A stretch of 36,030 bases of DNA, from NCBI GenBank assembly GCA_030670165.1, contig DAOVCF010000001.1, positions 1-36,030 on the forward strand. Reading direction: 5' to 3'. How positions within the stretch are numbered: position 1 is the stretch's first letter; each line of letters opens with the position of its first letter. The notes under the pieces are model-generated. The model had not been told where the DNA came from. It saw only the letters and a program-made list of their open reading frames with translations, and did not search any database. Positions 24,623-32,703 of this stretch are shown piece by piece. A program made the position numbers and the translations under genes. The DNA comes from Candidatus Stahliibacteriota bacterium. GTDB taxonomy: Bacteria > Hydrothermota > Tepidihabitantia > B3-TA06.

Positions 24623-25084
24623 ATGTCGTACTGGGAGTTTCTAAAGGAAAGCGAGGTCTTCAACCTGCTTGAGAAAGCGGAATGCAAGGCCATAGCCGAG
24701 TTGGCCGAGGAACGCAAGGTCAGTCGGGGCTCAATCATCGGCAAAGAGGGAGACAAAGGTGAGGAGTTCTATCTTGTTGTCGAGGGGCAACTTGAGATCA
24801 GTATCAACGCTGCGCTTGCCGAGTCGATCCCTGTAACGATTGCCACCGTGGGGCAGGGGCAGATCTCAGGATGGTCCTCGATGTATAAGGACGGCAAGCT
24901 GACCGCCACAATCAAGGCGGCCAAGAACTCCAAGGTACTGGTATGGAACGCACAAAAGCTGCACGAGTTTCTGCTGCGCAACTGCGGGATGGGCTACCGC
25001 ATCCTGCAGCAGCTCTTGGCCGTGGTTGCCCGCCGCCTGGTCAACACCCGCGTTGCGCTCATGGGTTGCGTAATGGAGCGTTAA
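24623..25084 (+). CDS. Stand-alone cyclic-nucleotide-binding (CAP effector-type) domain protein
   Basis: 'GSIIGKEGDKGEEFYLVVEGQLEISI' and 'GQISGWSS..ATIKAAKNSKVLVW', followed by a C-helix. No HTH or other output domain. Confidence 0.7.
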   Translation: MSYWEFLKESEVFNLLEKAECKAIAELAEERKVSRGSIIGKEGDKGEEFYLVVEGQLEISINAALAESIPVTIATVGQGQISGWSSMYKDGKLTATIKAAKNSKVLVWNAQKLHEFLLRNCGMGYRILQQLLAVVARRLVNTRVALMGCVMER

Positions 25085-25117
25085 TGCTCCTTTTCTCCTT
25101 CGGAGAAAAGGAGCATG
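25084..25117 (+). repeat. Hairpin-family copy abutting the stop codon (possible terminator)
   Basis: ATGCTCCTTTTCTCC / GGAGAAAAGGAGCAT form a 15-bp perfect stem with a TTCG loop. It starts within the TAA stop (25082-25084) and is followed by GTGGGG. Confidence 0.55.
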
Positions 25118-25130
25118 TGGGGTTTGTGGT

Positions 25131-25159
25131 TTGACAAATCGAACCGAAGCGAGTAGACT
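25131..25159 (+). promoter_or_regulatory. Candidate promoter of asnS; apparently leaderless
   Basis: TTGACA 25131-25136, 17 nt spacer, TAGACT 25154-25159, then 5 nt to the ATG at 25165. No SD. Confidence 0.45.
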
Positions 25160-25164
25160 TCCCC

Positions 25165-26472
25165 ATGGTCTGGATAGAAGAACTCAAAGAACATGTGGGG
25201 AAAGAAGTAACCCTTAAGGGATGGGTCTACAACAAAAGGGACTCAGGAAAAGTTCGCTTCGTTCTGCTCAGAGACGGAACAGGAATCCTGCAGTGCGTGT
25301 TCGTAGGCACCGAGATTGACAAAGAGACTTACGATCTTGCCGACTCCTTGAACCAGGAGGCGGTGGTGGAGGTGTCGGGGCTAGCGAGAGAGGATACCAG
25401 GGCACCAGGCGGGGTGGAGCTTACCGCCAGATCCTTGAAGCTTATTGCCGATTCCGCAGACTATCCGATCACACCAAAAGAGCACGGGATAGACTTCCTC
25501 TTGTCGCGACGGCACCTGTGGCTACGCTCAAGCCGCCAGCACGCACTCCTGAGATGCCGGGACACCATGATCCGCACATTCCACGAGTTCTTCGGAGATA
25601 GGAGCTTTATACTTGTTGATCCTCCCATGATCACCCCGACCTCGTGCGAAGGTGCAACAACGTTGTTCGAGATCAAGTATTTCGACGATGTAGCCTATCT
25701 TTCACAGTCGGGCCAGCTGTACATGGAACCTGCAGCCGCCGCGTTCGGAAAGGTCTACTGCCTCGCCCCCTCTTTCCGGGCGGAGAAGTCCAAGACCCGC
25801 CGCCACCTTACCGAGTTCTGGCACCTAGAACCCGAGGTGGCGTTCCTTGATCTCGCGGGCGACATGGAGCTTGCCGAGGATATGCTCCTATTCGTGGTCA
25901 AAAGACTCCTGGAGCGCAGGCCGGACGAGCTGAAGCTTTTTGGTAAGAAGGTGGAAGGATCCGAAGAGCACCTCAAGCTTTTAGAAAGTCTGGACAAGTC
26001 CTTCTACCGCCTCTCCTACACCGACGCGGTCAAGATGCTTAACGATAATGGGATTAAGATGCAGTGGGGCGAAAAGTTCGGGGCGGATGAGGAGGCGGTA
26101 ATCTCTCGTGAGTTTGATAGACCGGTGTTCGTCCATCGTTACCCGAAGGCCTCCGCCCCCTTCTATATGAAGGAGGACCCCGCCGATCCGGATGTTGTCT
26201 TAAACTTCGATCTTCTGGCCCCTGAAGGCTACGGCGAGATCATCGGCGGCTCGCAGCGCGAGGACGATCTTGCCAAATTGGAGGCGGCGATCCAAAGACA
26301 AAAATTGCCGCGAGAGCCCTTGGAGTGGTATCTTGATCTCAGGCGCTACGGGACATTCGAACACTCCGGCTTCGGGATAGGAATGGAACGGACCCTGGCG
26401 TGGATCACCGGCGTCCACCATATCCGGGAGACGATCCCCTACCCACGTTTGATCGACAGAATCTACCCCTGA
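25165..26472 (+). CDS. asnS: Asparaginyl-tRNA synthetase
   Basis: Class IIb aaRS with an N-terminal OB fold. Motif 2 'FRAEKSKTRRHLTEFWHLEPE' is AsnRS-type. Motif 3 'GFGIGMERTLAWITG'. Confidence 0.9.
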   Translation: MVWIEELKEHVGKEVTLKGWVYNKRDSGKVRFVLLRDGTGILQCVFVGTEIDKETYDLADSLNQEAVVEVSGLAREDTRAPGGVELTARSLKLIADSADYPITPKEHGIDFLLSRRHLWLRSSRQHALLRCRDTMIRTFHEFFGDRSFILVDPPMITPTSCEGATTLFEIKYFDDVAYLSQSGQLYMEPAAAAFGKVYCLAPSFRAEKSKTRRHLTEFWHLEPEVAFLDLAGDMELAEDMLLFVVKRLLERRPDELKLFGKKVEGSEEHLKLLESLDKSFYRLSYTDAVKMLNDNGIKMQWGEKFGADEEAVISREFDRPVFVHRYPKASAPFYMKEDPADPDVVLNFDLLAPEGYGEIIGGSQREDDLAKLEAAIQRQKLPREPLEWYLDLRRYGTFEHSGFGIGMERTLAWITGVHHIRETIPYPRLIDRIYP

Positions 26473-26640
26473 AGGTATAGCCCTGTACCTCAAGGATCAA
26501 CCCTGACGTATTCTCCACGAGCAAGCGTTGCCTCGTAGGCGCGGGTGGATGCGATTTTGACCGGCGAAAATTTATTTATTGGACTTAAAAGTAAATCTAG
26601 CGAACAATTTATTAAATCAACTGATGCGCCCTATAAGCTC

Positions 26641-26668
26641 TTGACAAGGCTCGCTGGGAGCATACAAT
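26641..26668 (+). promoter_or_regulatory. sigma70-type promoter of cysH
   Basis: TTGACA 26641-26646, 16 nt spacer, TACAAT 26663-26668. An AT-rich tract lies upstream (26570-26630). Confidence 0.45.
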
Positions 26669-26772
26669 TCTGGGTATGGGCGGTTTCAACTCGCTAAGGA
26701 GGGACCAAAGACCATACGCAAACGATGAGAGTGGCGGAGTTAAATCGAGAGAAATTCAAAAAAGGAGGCTGG

Positions 26773-27489
26773 ATGAGTCTGCTTGACAACGACGATGACG
26801 TGAAGGGATTGGTCGAGAAACTCAACTTCAAGGAGAAGGTTGATCGGTCAATGCGCCTGATCGAAGAGGCTTACGAGCGTTACGGCCAAAGAATGGTAGT
26901 GGCCAACAGTCTGGGCAAGGATTCGATGGCCGTGTGGGATCTGGCAAAGCAAGTAGTCCCCAAGGTACGTGGGTTCATCGTAACGACCCGGTACAAGCCT
27001 CAAGCGACCAAGGAGTTCATGCGTAAGGTAGTGGAGCGATACCCTGAGATCAAGATTTATGCAAACGATGCCAAGATCCCCGACAGACTTTACGAGACCG
27101 ATCCTGATGAGTGCTGCCGGATCCTGAAGGTTGAGCCGGTTCGTTGGGCCATTGATGAGATGGGTGTTGACTGCTGGGTAACCGGCCTGCGCTGTACCGA
27201 AGGCCGCACCCGTACCGACTACAAGGAAATGGAGGAGCGCGACAAGGGTCTTATAAAGCTCAACCCACTCCTTTTGTGGAAAGAACGCGAGGTCTGGCAA
27301 TATCTTGCTCTCTACAACGTTTCGGTCAACCCTTTATATAAAGAGGGCTACCGCTCGTTGGGGTGCGAACCATGCACCCGCATCACCAACGAGGAGTCTG
27401 AACGCGCAGGACGCTGGCTGAACACCTCGAAGTGCGGCGGCGAGTGCGGCATACATACCCGTCCCCTGCGAGTAGGCGTGGCTGACTGA
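26773..27489 (+). CDS. cysH: Assimilatory adenylyl-/phosphoadenylyl-sulfate reductase (Fe-S type CysH)
   Basis: PP-loop-like 'SLGKDSMAVWD'. Fe-S cysteines 'ECCRILKVEP' and 'GCEPCT'. C-terminal catalytic 'ECGIH'. ATG at 26773 follows AAAGGAGG. The track start at 26725 has no suitably spaced RBS. Confidence 0.85.
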   Translation: MSLLDNDDDVKGLVEKLNFKEKVDRSMRLIEEAYERYGQRMVVANSLGKDSMAVWDLAKQVVPKVRGFIVTTRYKPQATKEFMRKVVERYPEIKIYANDAKIPDRLYETDPDECCRILKVEPVRWAIDEMGVDCWVTGLRCTEGRTRTDYKEMEERDKGLIKLNPLLLWKEREVWQYLALYNVSVNPLYKEGYRSLGCEPCTRITNEESERAGRWLNTSKCGGECGIHTRPLRVGVAD

Positions 27490-27551
27490 ACGCAGCCTTA
27501 TGAGCTGCTTCCTGTCCGTAGATTAAAGGGCAGGGAGTGCTTTAGCAGGAT

Positions 27552-28391
27552 ATGATGGCCATGTCGCTAGGATTGTTCCTTTTGATCATCTTGCTCGCCT
27601 TTGCATGCGAGTTTATCGATGCTTCTGTGGGGATGGGCTACGGAACGATCCTTTCTCCTTTGCTTATAGGAATGGGATTTGATCCTTTGTTCGTTATCCC
27701 TGCACTTCTTCTATCCCAGGCAGTGGGAGGACTTACGGCTTCCCTTTCCCACGCCAGGCTGCGCAACGTCAGCTTCAGTCCACGCTCGAAGGATCTTAAG
27801 ATCTTCCTGATAATCACCGGAGCAGGCATCCTGGTCACCATATTTGCCGCTATCGTAGCCTTAAAGATTCCCAAAGTGGTGCTTTCTACCTATATCGGTG
27901 CACTCGTCCTGGCTATGGGAATCATCATACTCATCAACCTGCGGTTCAGCTTCTCCATTAAGAAAATGGTTGGGGTCGGTATCATAAGCGCCTTTAATAA
28001 GGGGCTGTCAGGCGGCGGTTTCGGGCCGATCGTTACCTCCGGTCAGATCATCTCCGGGCACAAGGCTAAACGTGCCGTGGGTGTAACCACACTCTCCGAG
28101 GCCCCTATCTGCATCACCGGTTTCTTGACATTCCTTATAGGCAAACTGATAATACAGAGTGAAGGATCTTTGCTTTCCCGGCCCGTAGGCGAGATCGCAC
28201 GCACCGTCTTCTTATCCCAGTCCATCCTGCGTTGGGACCTTATGATCGCACTCCTGATAGGTGTCGCCCTTGTCGCTCCCATCGCTCCCCTCTTGACCAA
28301 AAAGATCCACCGCAAACTCTGGAACTACATACTAGGCCCTCTGATTATCCTGCTCGGAGCGTGGGTGCTTATAAAGACCCACCTCCTCTAG
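27552..28391 (+). CDS. TSUP/TauE-SafE family anion (sulfite-type) permease, full length
   Basis: About 8 predicted TM segments. 'ACEFIDASVGMGYGTILSPLLI' fits the TauE/DUF81 N-terminal motif. The start is somewhat uncertain (ATG 27552, 27555 or 27561). Confidence 0.7.
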   Translation: MMAMSLGLFLLIILLAFACEFIDASVGMGYGTILSPLLIGMGFDPLFVIPALLLSQAVGGLTASLSHARLRNVSFSPRSKDLKIFLIITGAGILVTIFAAIVALKIPKVVLSTYIGALVLAMGIIILINLRFSFSIKKMVGVGIISAFNKGLSGGGFGPIVTSGQIISGHKAKRAVGVTTLSEAPICITGFLTFLIGKLIIQSEGSLLSRPVGEIARTVFLSQSILRWDLMIALLIGVALVAPIAPLLTKKIHRKLWNYILGPLIILLGAWVLIKTHLL

Positions 28392-28719
28392 CAGGGTTGC
28401 TAAGCGCCCCAAGATAAACCGCCAAAGGAAGAAGATTGATCTTCGGACCGTCAAGAACTCTCCACTCATTATCTTAACTTCGCGTTGTGTCCCATATGAG
28501 ATTGCTCCCTGCGTTCGCCCTCCGGAGCTCCGTCGCTTCGTTCATCGCAACAACTCACACAACATGCGGTGCGAGTCTTTAGACTCGCTGGTTAACTTTT
28601 TCCTGCGAAGATTGCTTAAAAAACATACGACCTCTTCGTCTAGGAGGGTTGCCAAGCTCTTCGGATCGGATATAGTTGTAATAGAAAACTCTGGTAACCT
28701 CATCAAACCTGGGAGTATC

Positions 28720-29097
28720 ATGAACGTTTGGCAATATCTTTTCGTGGCCGTAGTGGGGGTTGCTTCAGGAATGCTTTCCGGCCTTTTCGGTATAGGGGGC
28801 GGGACGCTGATCATACCGGCTCTGGTTTTCATTCTCGGCTTCACCCAGCACAATGCCCAGGGAACCTCGCTTGTCGCCCTGCTCTTGCCTGTGGGAATCC
28901 TTGGGGTGCTCCGTTACTGGAAAGCAGGTGACGTGAACTGGATAGCCGGCCTGATCATGGCAGGTGGGCTTCTCGTTGGGGCCTACTTCGGCGCAGGCTG
29001 GGCAGGAAAACTGAATGAGGTCTGGCTGAAGCGTGCGTTCGGTATCTTCTTTATCCTTTTGGGAATCAGGTACATACTTACCAGGTCAGCGCCTTAA
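28720..29097 (+). CDS. Half-size (about 4 TM) TSUP/TauE-family membrane protein
   Basis: ATG at 28720 follows GGGAG. 'VASGMLSGLFGIGGGTLIIPALVF..AQGTSL' is the classic TSUP motif, but the protein is only about 125 aa. The longer track ORF (from 28564) adds a non-hydrophobic, RBS-less extension. Confidence 0.7.
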   Translation: MNVWQYLFVAVVGVASGMLSGLFGIGGGTLIIPALVFILGFTQHNAQGTSLVALLLPVGILGVLRYWKAGDVNWIAGLIMAGGLLVGAYFGAGWAGKLNEVWLKRAFGIFFILLGIRYILTRSAP

Positions 29098-29251
29098 ACA
29101 GGACCTCCTTACAGCATCAATCGCCCATCTCTCAGGTAGGGTCAGATTCATCCTCGGAGATTTTCTTTATTCTCTTGATGCGCCAAGACCCTACCGGGTT
29201 TCAGCGCAATCTTCATTGACCACATCCATGAGAGTAGGAACGAGCGATACC

Positions 29252-30772
29252 CTATTGAGCGTAACCGAGGAGCTCTGCGGTACTCTCCGTTTCTGAAAGC
29301 AGCTCCAGCGCCTTCTTTACTACCGGATCTTCCGCAAGTATGGCCTGATAACGACCCTCCTCGCCCCATTTCTGGCTGGCGATCTCCAAACGCAAGTAAT
29401 ATCGAAGCTGCTTTTTGGTCTCTTCGAACTCTGCATCGGTGAACTCAACCTCACGCTTTCTGGCTTCACGAACAAGACCCGCAAGCATCTCGTCGGTTAC
29501 AGAGAAGTCAGGGGCAATCTCAGGATTGGCGGAAAGATAATCAACCGCATACGCAAAGAAGGTTCGCTTAATCCAGAATCTCCACGCAAGCTCGCTCAAC
29601 TTTTCAATCTCAACGTAGATATCCGGGGCAATGGCTCCACCCGCGTAAAGAGGGCGCTTACGTTTACCAAGTGTATGAAGCGTAGGGGTTTCGTTCTCCT
29701 TGCCCTCGATCTCGGCGCGGTGTCTATCTATGCAGCGGCCAGAAGGCGTGTACCAGTGGGCGGTGGTAAGCTTAAGGCGTCCTGAGTCGGCAAGCGGATA
29801 AAGCGTCTGTACCGAGCCTTTACCGAACGTTGTGTCGCCTACTATCAGGGCACGTTCCCAATCCTGCAAGGCTCCGGTGAGTATCTCGGCAGCAGAAGCC
29901 GATCCCCTGTCAGCAAGGACGACCAAGGGATAATCACCAAAGAGCGGGGCTTCGTGCGCACGGTAGGTGCGGAAACTCTGGGGTATGCGGCCCCTGGTCT
30001 GTACTATCTCAAGATCACGCTCAAGGAAGAGATCGGAAACATCCACCCCCTCGCCAAGGTAACCACCCGAATTCATGCGGACATCCAGAATGAGTTTTTT
30101 CACGCCTTCGACGCGGAGAAGTGAATCCATGGCTTCCTCCATCTCTTCGCGAGCGGTCCGGCTGAACTTGGAGAACTTGATGTAACCGATTTCAGGGGTT
30201 AGTTTGGTAACGTAGTTCACAGCGTTGAGCTTGATGATTGCACGGGTGATAGTAAGCTCAATCGGCTCGTCCCAACCGTTTCTCCAAATCGATATCGTAA
30301 CATCCGTACCTGGCTTGCCTCGAAGCTTGGAAACCGCCTCGTCGGCGGTTATCCCCTCGGTTGATTCGCCTTCTATTTCGACTATTCTGTCGCCTGCCTG
30401 CAGGCCTGCAGCCGCAGCAGGTGTACCATCCAGTGGCGAGATGACCGTGAGCCAGTCGTCGGCGATAGCTATGGTGATGCCCAACCCTCCGAACTCGCCC
30501 TGCATCGAAATATTCAGGCTCTCGAAATCCTTGGGACTCATATACATGCTGTAGGGATCAAGCTCACGCAGCATCCCGTTCATAGCGTCGCGGACCATTG
30601 AATCCAAATCAACCTCACGCACATAGGTGTCGCGGGTTATCTGGAGCACCCGCTGGAAGGTCTCAAGCGAGGTGTAGATGTTTGTCTTACCAGCCCACAG
30701 ACGGGAACCCACCCATGTAGCCATAAGCAGTGAGATAGCAAGCAGGCCCAGTGTAAGTTTACGTTTGTTCAT
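29252..30772 (-). CDS. ctpA: Carboxy-terminal processing protease (S41, PDZ-containing)
   Basis: N-terminal anchor. PDZ 'GGLGITIA..GTPAAAAGLQAGDRIVEIEG'. Catalytic 'DRGSASAAEILTGALQD' and 'TFGKGSVQ'. ATGA overlap with the tmk stop. Confidence 0.9.
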   Translation of the reverse strand: MNKRKLTLGLLAISLLMATWVGSRLWAGKTNIYTSLETFQRVLQITRDTYVREVDLDSMVRDAMNGMLRELDPYSMYMSPKDFESLNISMQGEFGGLGITIAIADDWLTVISPLDGTPAAAAGLQAGDRIVEIEGESTEGITADEAVSKLRGKPGTDVTISIWRNGWDEPIELTITRAIIKLNAVNYVTKLTPEIGYIKFSKFSRTAREEMEEAMDSLLRVEGVKKLILDVRMNSGGYLGEGVDVSDLFLERDLEIVQTRGRIPQSFRTYRAHEAPLFGDYPLVVLADRGSASAAEILTGALQDWERALIVGDTTFGKGSVQTLYPLADSGRLKLTTAHWYTPSGRCIDRHRAEIEGKENETPTLHTLGKRKRPLYAGGAIAPDIYVEIEKLSELAWRFWIKRTFFAYAVDYLSANPEIAPDFSVTDEMLAGLVREARKREVEFTDAEFEETKKQLRYYLRLEIASQKWGEEGRYQAILAEDPVVKKALELLSETESTAELLGYAQ

Positions 30773-31404
30773 AATATCCCCTTACTTCTCAAAAGGTCTA
30801 AGACAACCTGTTTAATCTCTTCATGAAGCATCATCTTCTCCTTTGCGCCGTCAAAGACGCGGATCCTTTTCGGTGCGCGGCGTGCAAAGTAAAGGTAAGC
30901 CTCGCGCACCTTCTCGTGAAACTCCTTGCCGGCCTGCTCCAGACGATCATAGGGCCGGTTAAGTCGTGCAAAAGCTCCATCCACATCCAGATCGACCAGA
31001 ACCGTCAGATCAGGCTCAAGACCGCCTGAAGCAAACTTGCAGAGCCTGGAGACGGTCTTTGAATCGAGCTCTCGTCCGCCCGCCTGATAGGCAAGGGTGG
31101 AGAGGGTGAAGCGGTCCGAGATCACAACCGCCTTATCTACAAACAGCTTGCGGCGTATGCGCTTTGCAACGTGTTCAGCGCGCGCCGCAAGGTAAAGCAA
31201 AAGCTCGGTCCGCGGGTGCATATCCTCAAGTTCCGAATCCAAAAGCACGTCGCGTATGCGCTCCCCTGCCTGGGTTCCACCGGGCTCACGGGTAAGATCC
31301 ACCTTTATATTGTTCCGACGCAAAGCCTCGGCCAGAAGCTCGGCCTGAGTGGACTTGCCTGAACCCTCAATTCCTTCAAATACTATGAACACACCCCTCT
31401 TCAT
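30769..31404 (-). CDS. tmk: Thymidylate kinase
   Basis: P-loop 'FIVFEGIEGSGKSTQ', 'DRFTLSTLAYQ', typical 211 aa. GGAGGG RBS. Confidence 0.9.
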   Translation of the reverse strand: MKRGVFIVFEGIEGSGKSTQAELLAEALRRNNIKVDLTREPGGTQAGERIRDVLLDSELEDMHPRTELLLYLAARAEHVAKRIRRKLFVDKAVVISDRFTLSTLAYQAGGRELDSKTVSRLCKFASGGLEPDLTVLVDLDVDGAFARLNRPYDRLEQAGKEFHEKVREAYLYFARRAPKRIRVFDGAKEKMMLHEEIKQVVLDLLRSKGIL

Positions 31405-31437
31405 GATATCGATCCCTCCAGACCGGTGAGTGCACCT

Positions 31438-31465
31438 ATTATAAACCTCATTGCGTTCACGTCAA
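31438..31465 (-). promoter_or_regulatory. sigma70-type promoter of tmk-ctpA
   Basis: On the minus strand: TTGACG (31465-31460), 16 nt spacer, TATAAT (31443-31438). Confidence 0.45.
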
Positions 31466-31490
31466 GGTTAACGCAATAAAGAGCGTGGCA

Positions 31491-32585
31491 CTACCCTTTC
31501 TTTCCAGGCTTGCGAGAGTACCTACGAATATAGGCCTCGGTCTTGTGGCGGGCCACGTAGTCCGGGTACTGGATAGGCGGCGACTTGAAGAAGTAGCTTG
31601 ACGGAGCGGTAATAGCACCCTTTAGGCCGTGATTTAAAGCCAGCTTGGCGCACCGGATCGCATCTATCATCACCCCGGCAGAGTTGGGTGAGTCCCAAAC
31701 CTCCAGCTTGAGTTCGAGATTTAAGGGCACGTCACCAAAGGTCTGGCCTTCCATGCGTATGTGACACCACTTTCTGTCTTTGAGCCAGGGCACGTAATCC
31801 GATGGCCCCACGTGAACGTTCTCAGCCCCAATGTCGTAAGGCAGCATTGAGGTCACGGCACGGGTCTTTGAGATCTTTTTGGACTCAAGGCGTTCACGTT
31901 CGAGCATATTGAGAAAATCGGTGTTGCCGCCCACGTTGAGCTGGCTGGTACGTAAAAGTTTTACCCCTCGCTCGTGAAACAGGGTGGTAAGGACACGGTG
32001 AACGATTGTGGCACCCACCTGTGACTTGACATCGTCGCCAAGGACTGGCAGACCCTTTGAGCGGAACCTTCTGGGCCAATAGCCGCCCGAGGCGATAAAA
32101 ACAGGAATCCCGTTCACGAATGCACAGCCTGCATCAAGCGCCTGCTCAACGTACCACTTGGTTGCCTCCTCTGATCCTACGGGAAGGAAGTTGACTACCA
32201 CATCGGTCCTGGTCTCTTTTAAGAGTCGGGGGATGTCCACAGTGTTGCCAGGCGCCTTGGTGATAATCTGTGAAAGATACTTCCCCAGACCATCGTGGAC
32301 CATACCTCTCACTACCCTGACACCCGACTTGGGAACCTTGCAAAACACCTGGGTATTGTTCGGATAGGTATATATCGCCTGCGATAAATCCTTGCCGACC
32401 TTGCGCTTGTCTATGTCTATAGCAAGTGAAAATTCAATGTCCGAAACATGGTAGCCCCCCAGGTTCACGTGCATGAGGCCCGGGATTATCTCACCTTCCT
32501 TCGCGTTGCGGTAGTAATGAACCCCCTGCACCAGTGAACTCGCACAGTTGCCCACCCCGATGATCGCAACCCGAATCTTACTCAT
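31491..32585 (-). CDS. ino1: myo-Inositol-1-phosphate synthase (inositol-3-phosphate synthase, prokaryotic type)
   Basis: '[25 protein letters not shown]' Rossmann start and '[19 protein letters not shown]'. About 364 aa. ATG at 32585 follows AAAGGAG. The track's TTG at 32600 is inside the RBS region. Confidence 0.85.
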   Translation of the reverse strand: MSKIRVAIIGVGNCASSLVQGVHYYRNAKEGEIIPGLMHVNLGGYHVSDIEFSLAIDIDKRKVGKDLSQAIYTYPNNTQVFCKVPKSGVRVVRGMVHDGLGKYLSQIITKAPGNTVDIPRLLKETRTDVVVNFLPVGSEEATKWYVEQALDAGCAFVNGIPVFIASGGYWPRRFRSKGLPVLGDDVKSQVGATIVHRVLTTLFHERGVKLLRTSQLNVGGNTDFLNMLERERLESKKISKTRAVTSMLPYDIGAENVHVGPSDYVPWLKDRKWCHIRMEGQTFGDVPLNLELKLEVWDSPNSAGVMIDAIRCAKLALNHGLKGAITAPSSYFFKSPPIQYPDYVARHKTEAYIRRYSRKPGKKG

Positions 32586-32618
32586 TGCCACTCCTTTCAA
32601 TTATGACTAGAGAATGTA

Positions 32619-32646
32619 AGTTTATAAATTAGCGCGCCTATGTCAA
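32619..32646 (-). promoter_or_regulatory. Candidate promoter of the inositol-phosphate synthase gene
   Basis: On the minus strand: TTGACA (32646-32641), 16 nt spacer, TAAACT (32624-32619). Confidence 0.4.
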
Positions 32647-32703
32647 GGCCAGCTGGAGTACTCCAGAGAGAACACCAGCAATCAGTTATCCAAGCCTGAA
32701 GCA

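Noticed and set aside
26570-26630. AT-rich tract upstream of the cysH promoter as a specific operator
   Set aside because: It contains only loose partial symmetry (TTTATTTATTG / CAATTTATTAAA). It is more simply an UP-element-like AT-rich region.
26848-27300. 150-aa minus-strand ORF inside cysH
   Set aside because: It is antisense to a gene with several diagnostic CysH motifs.
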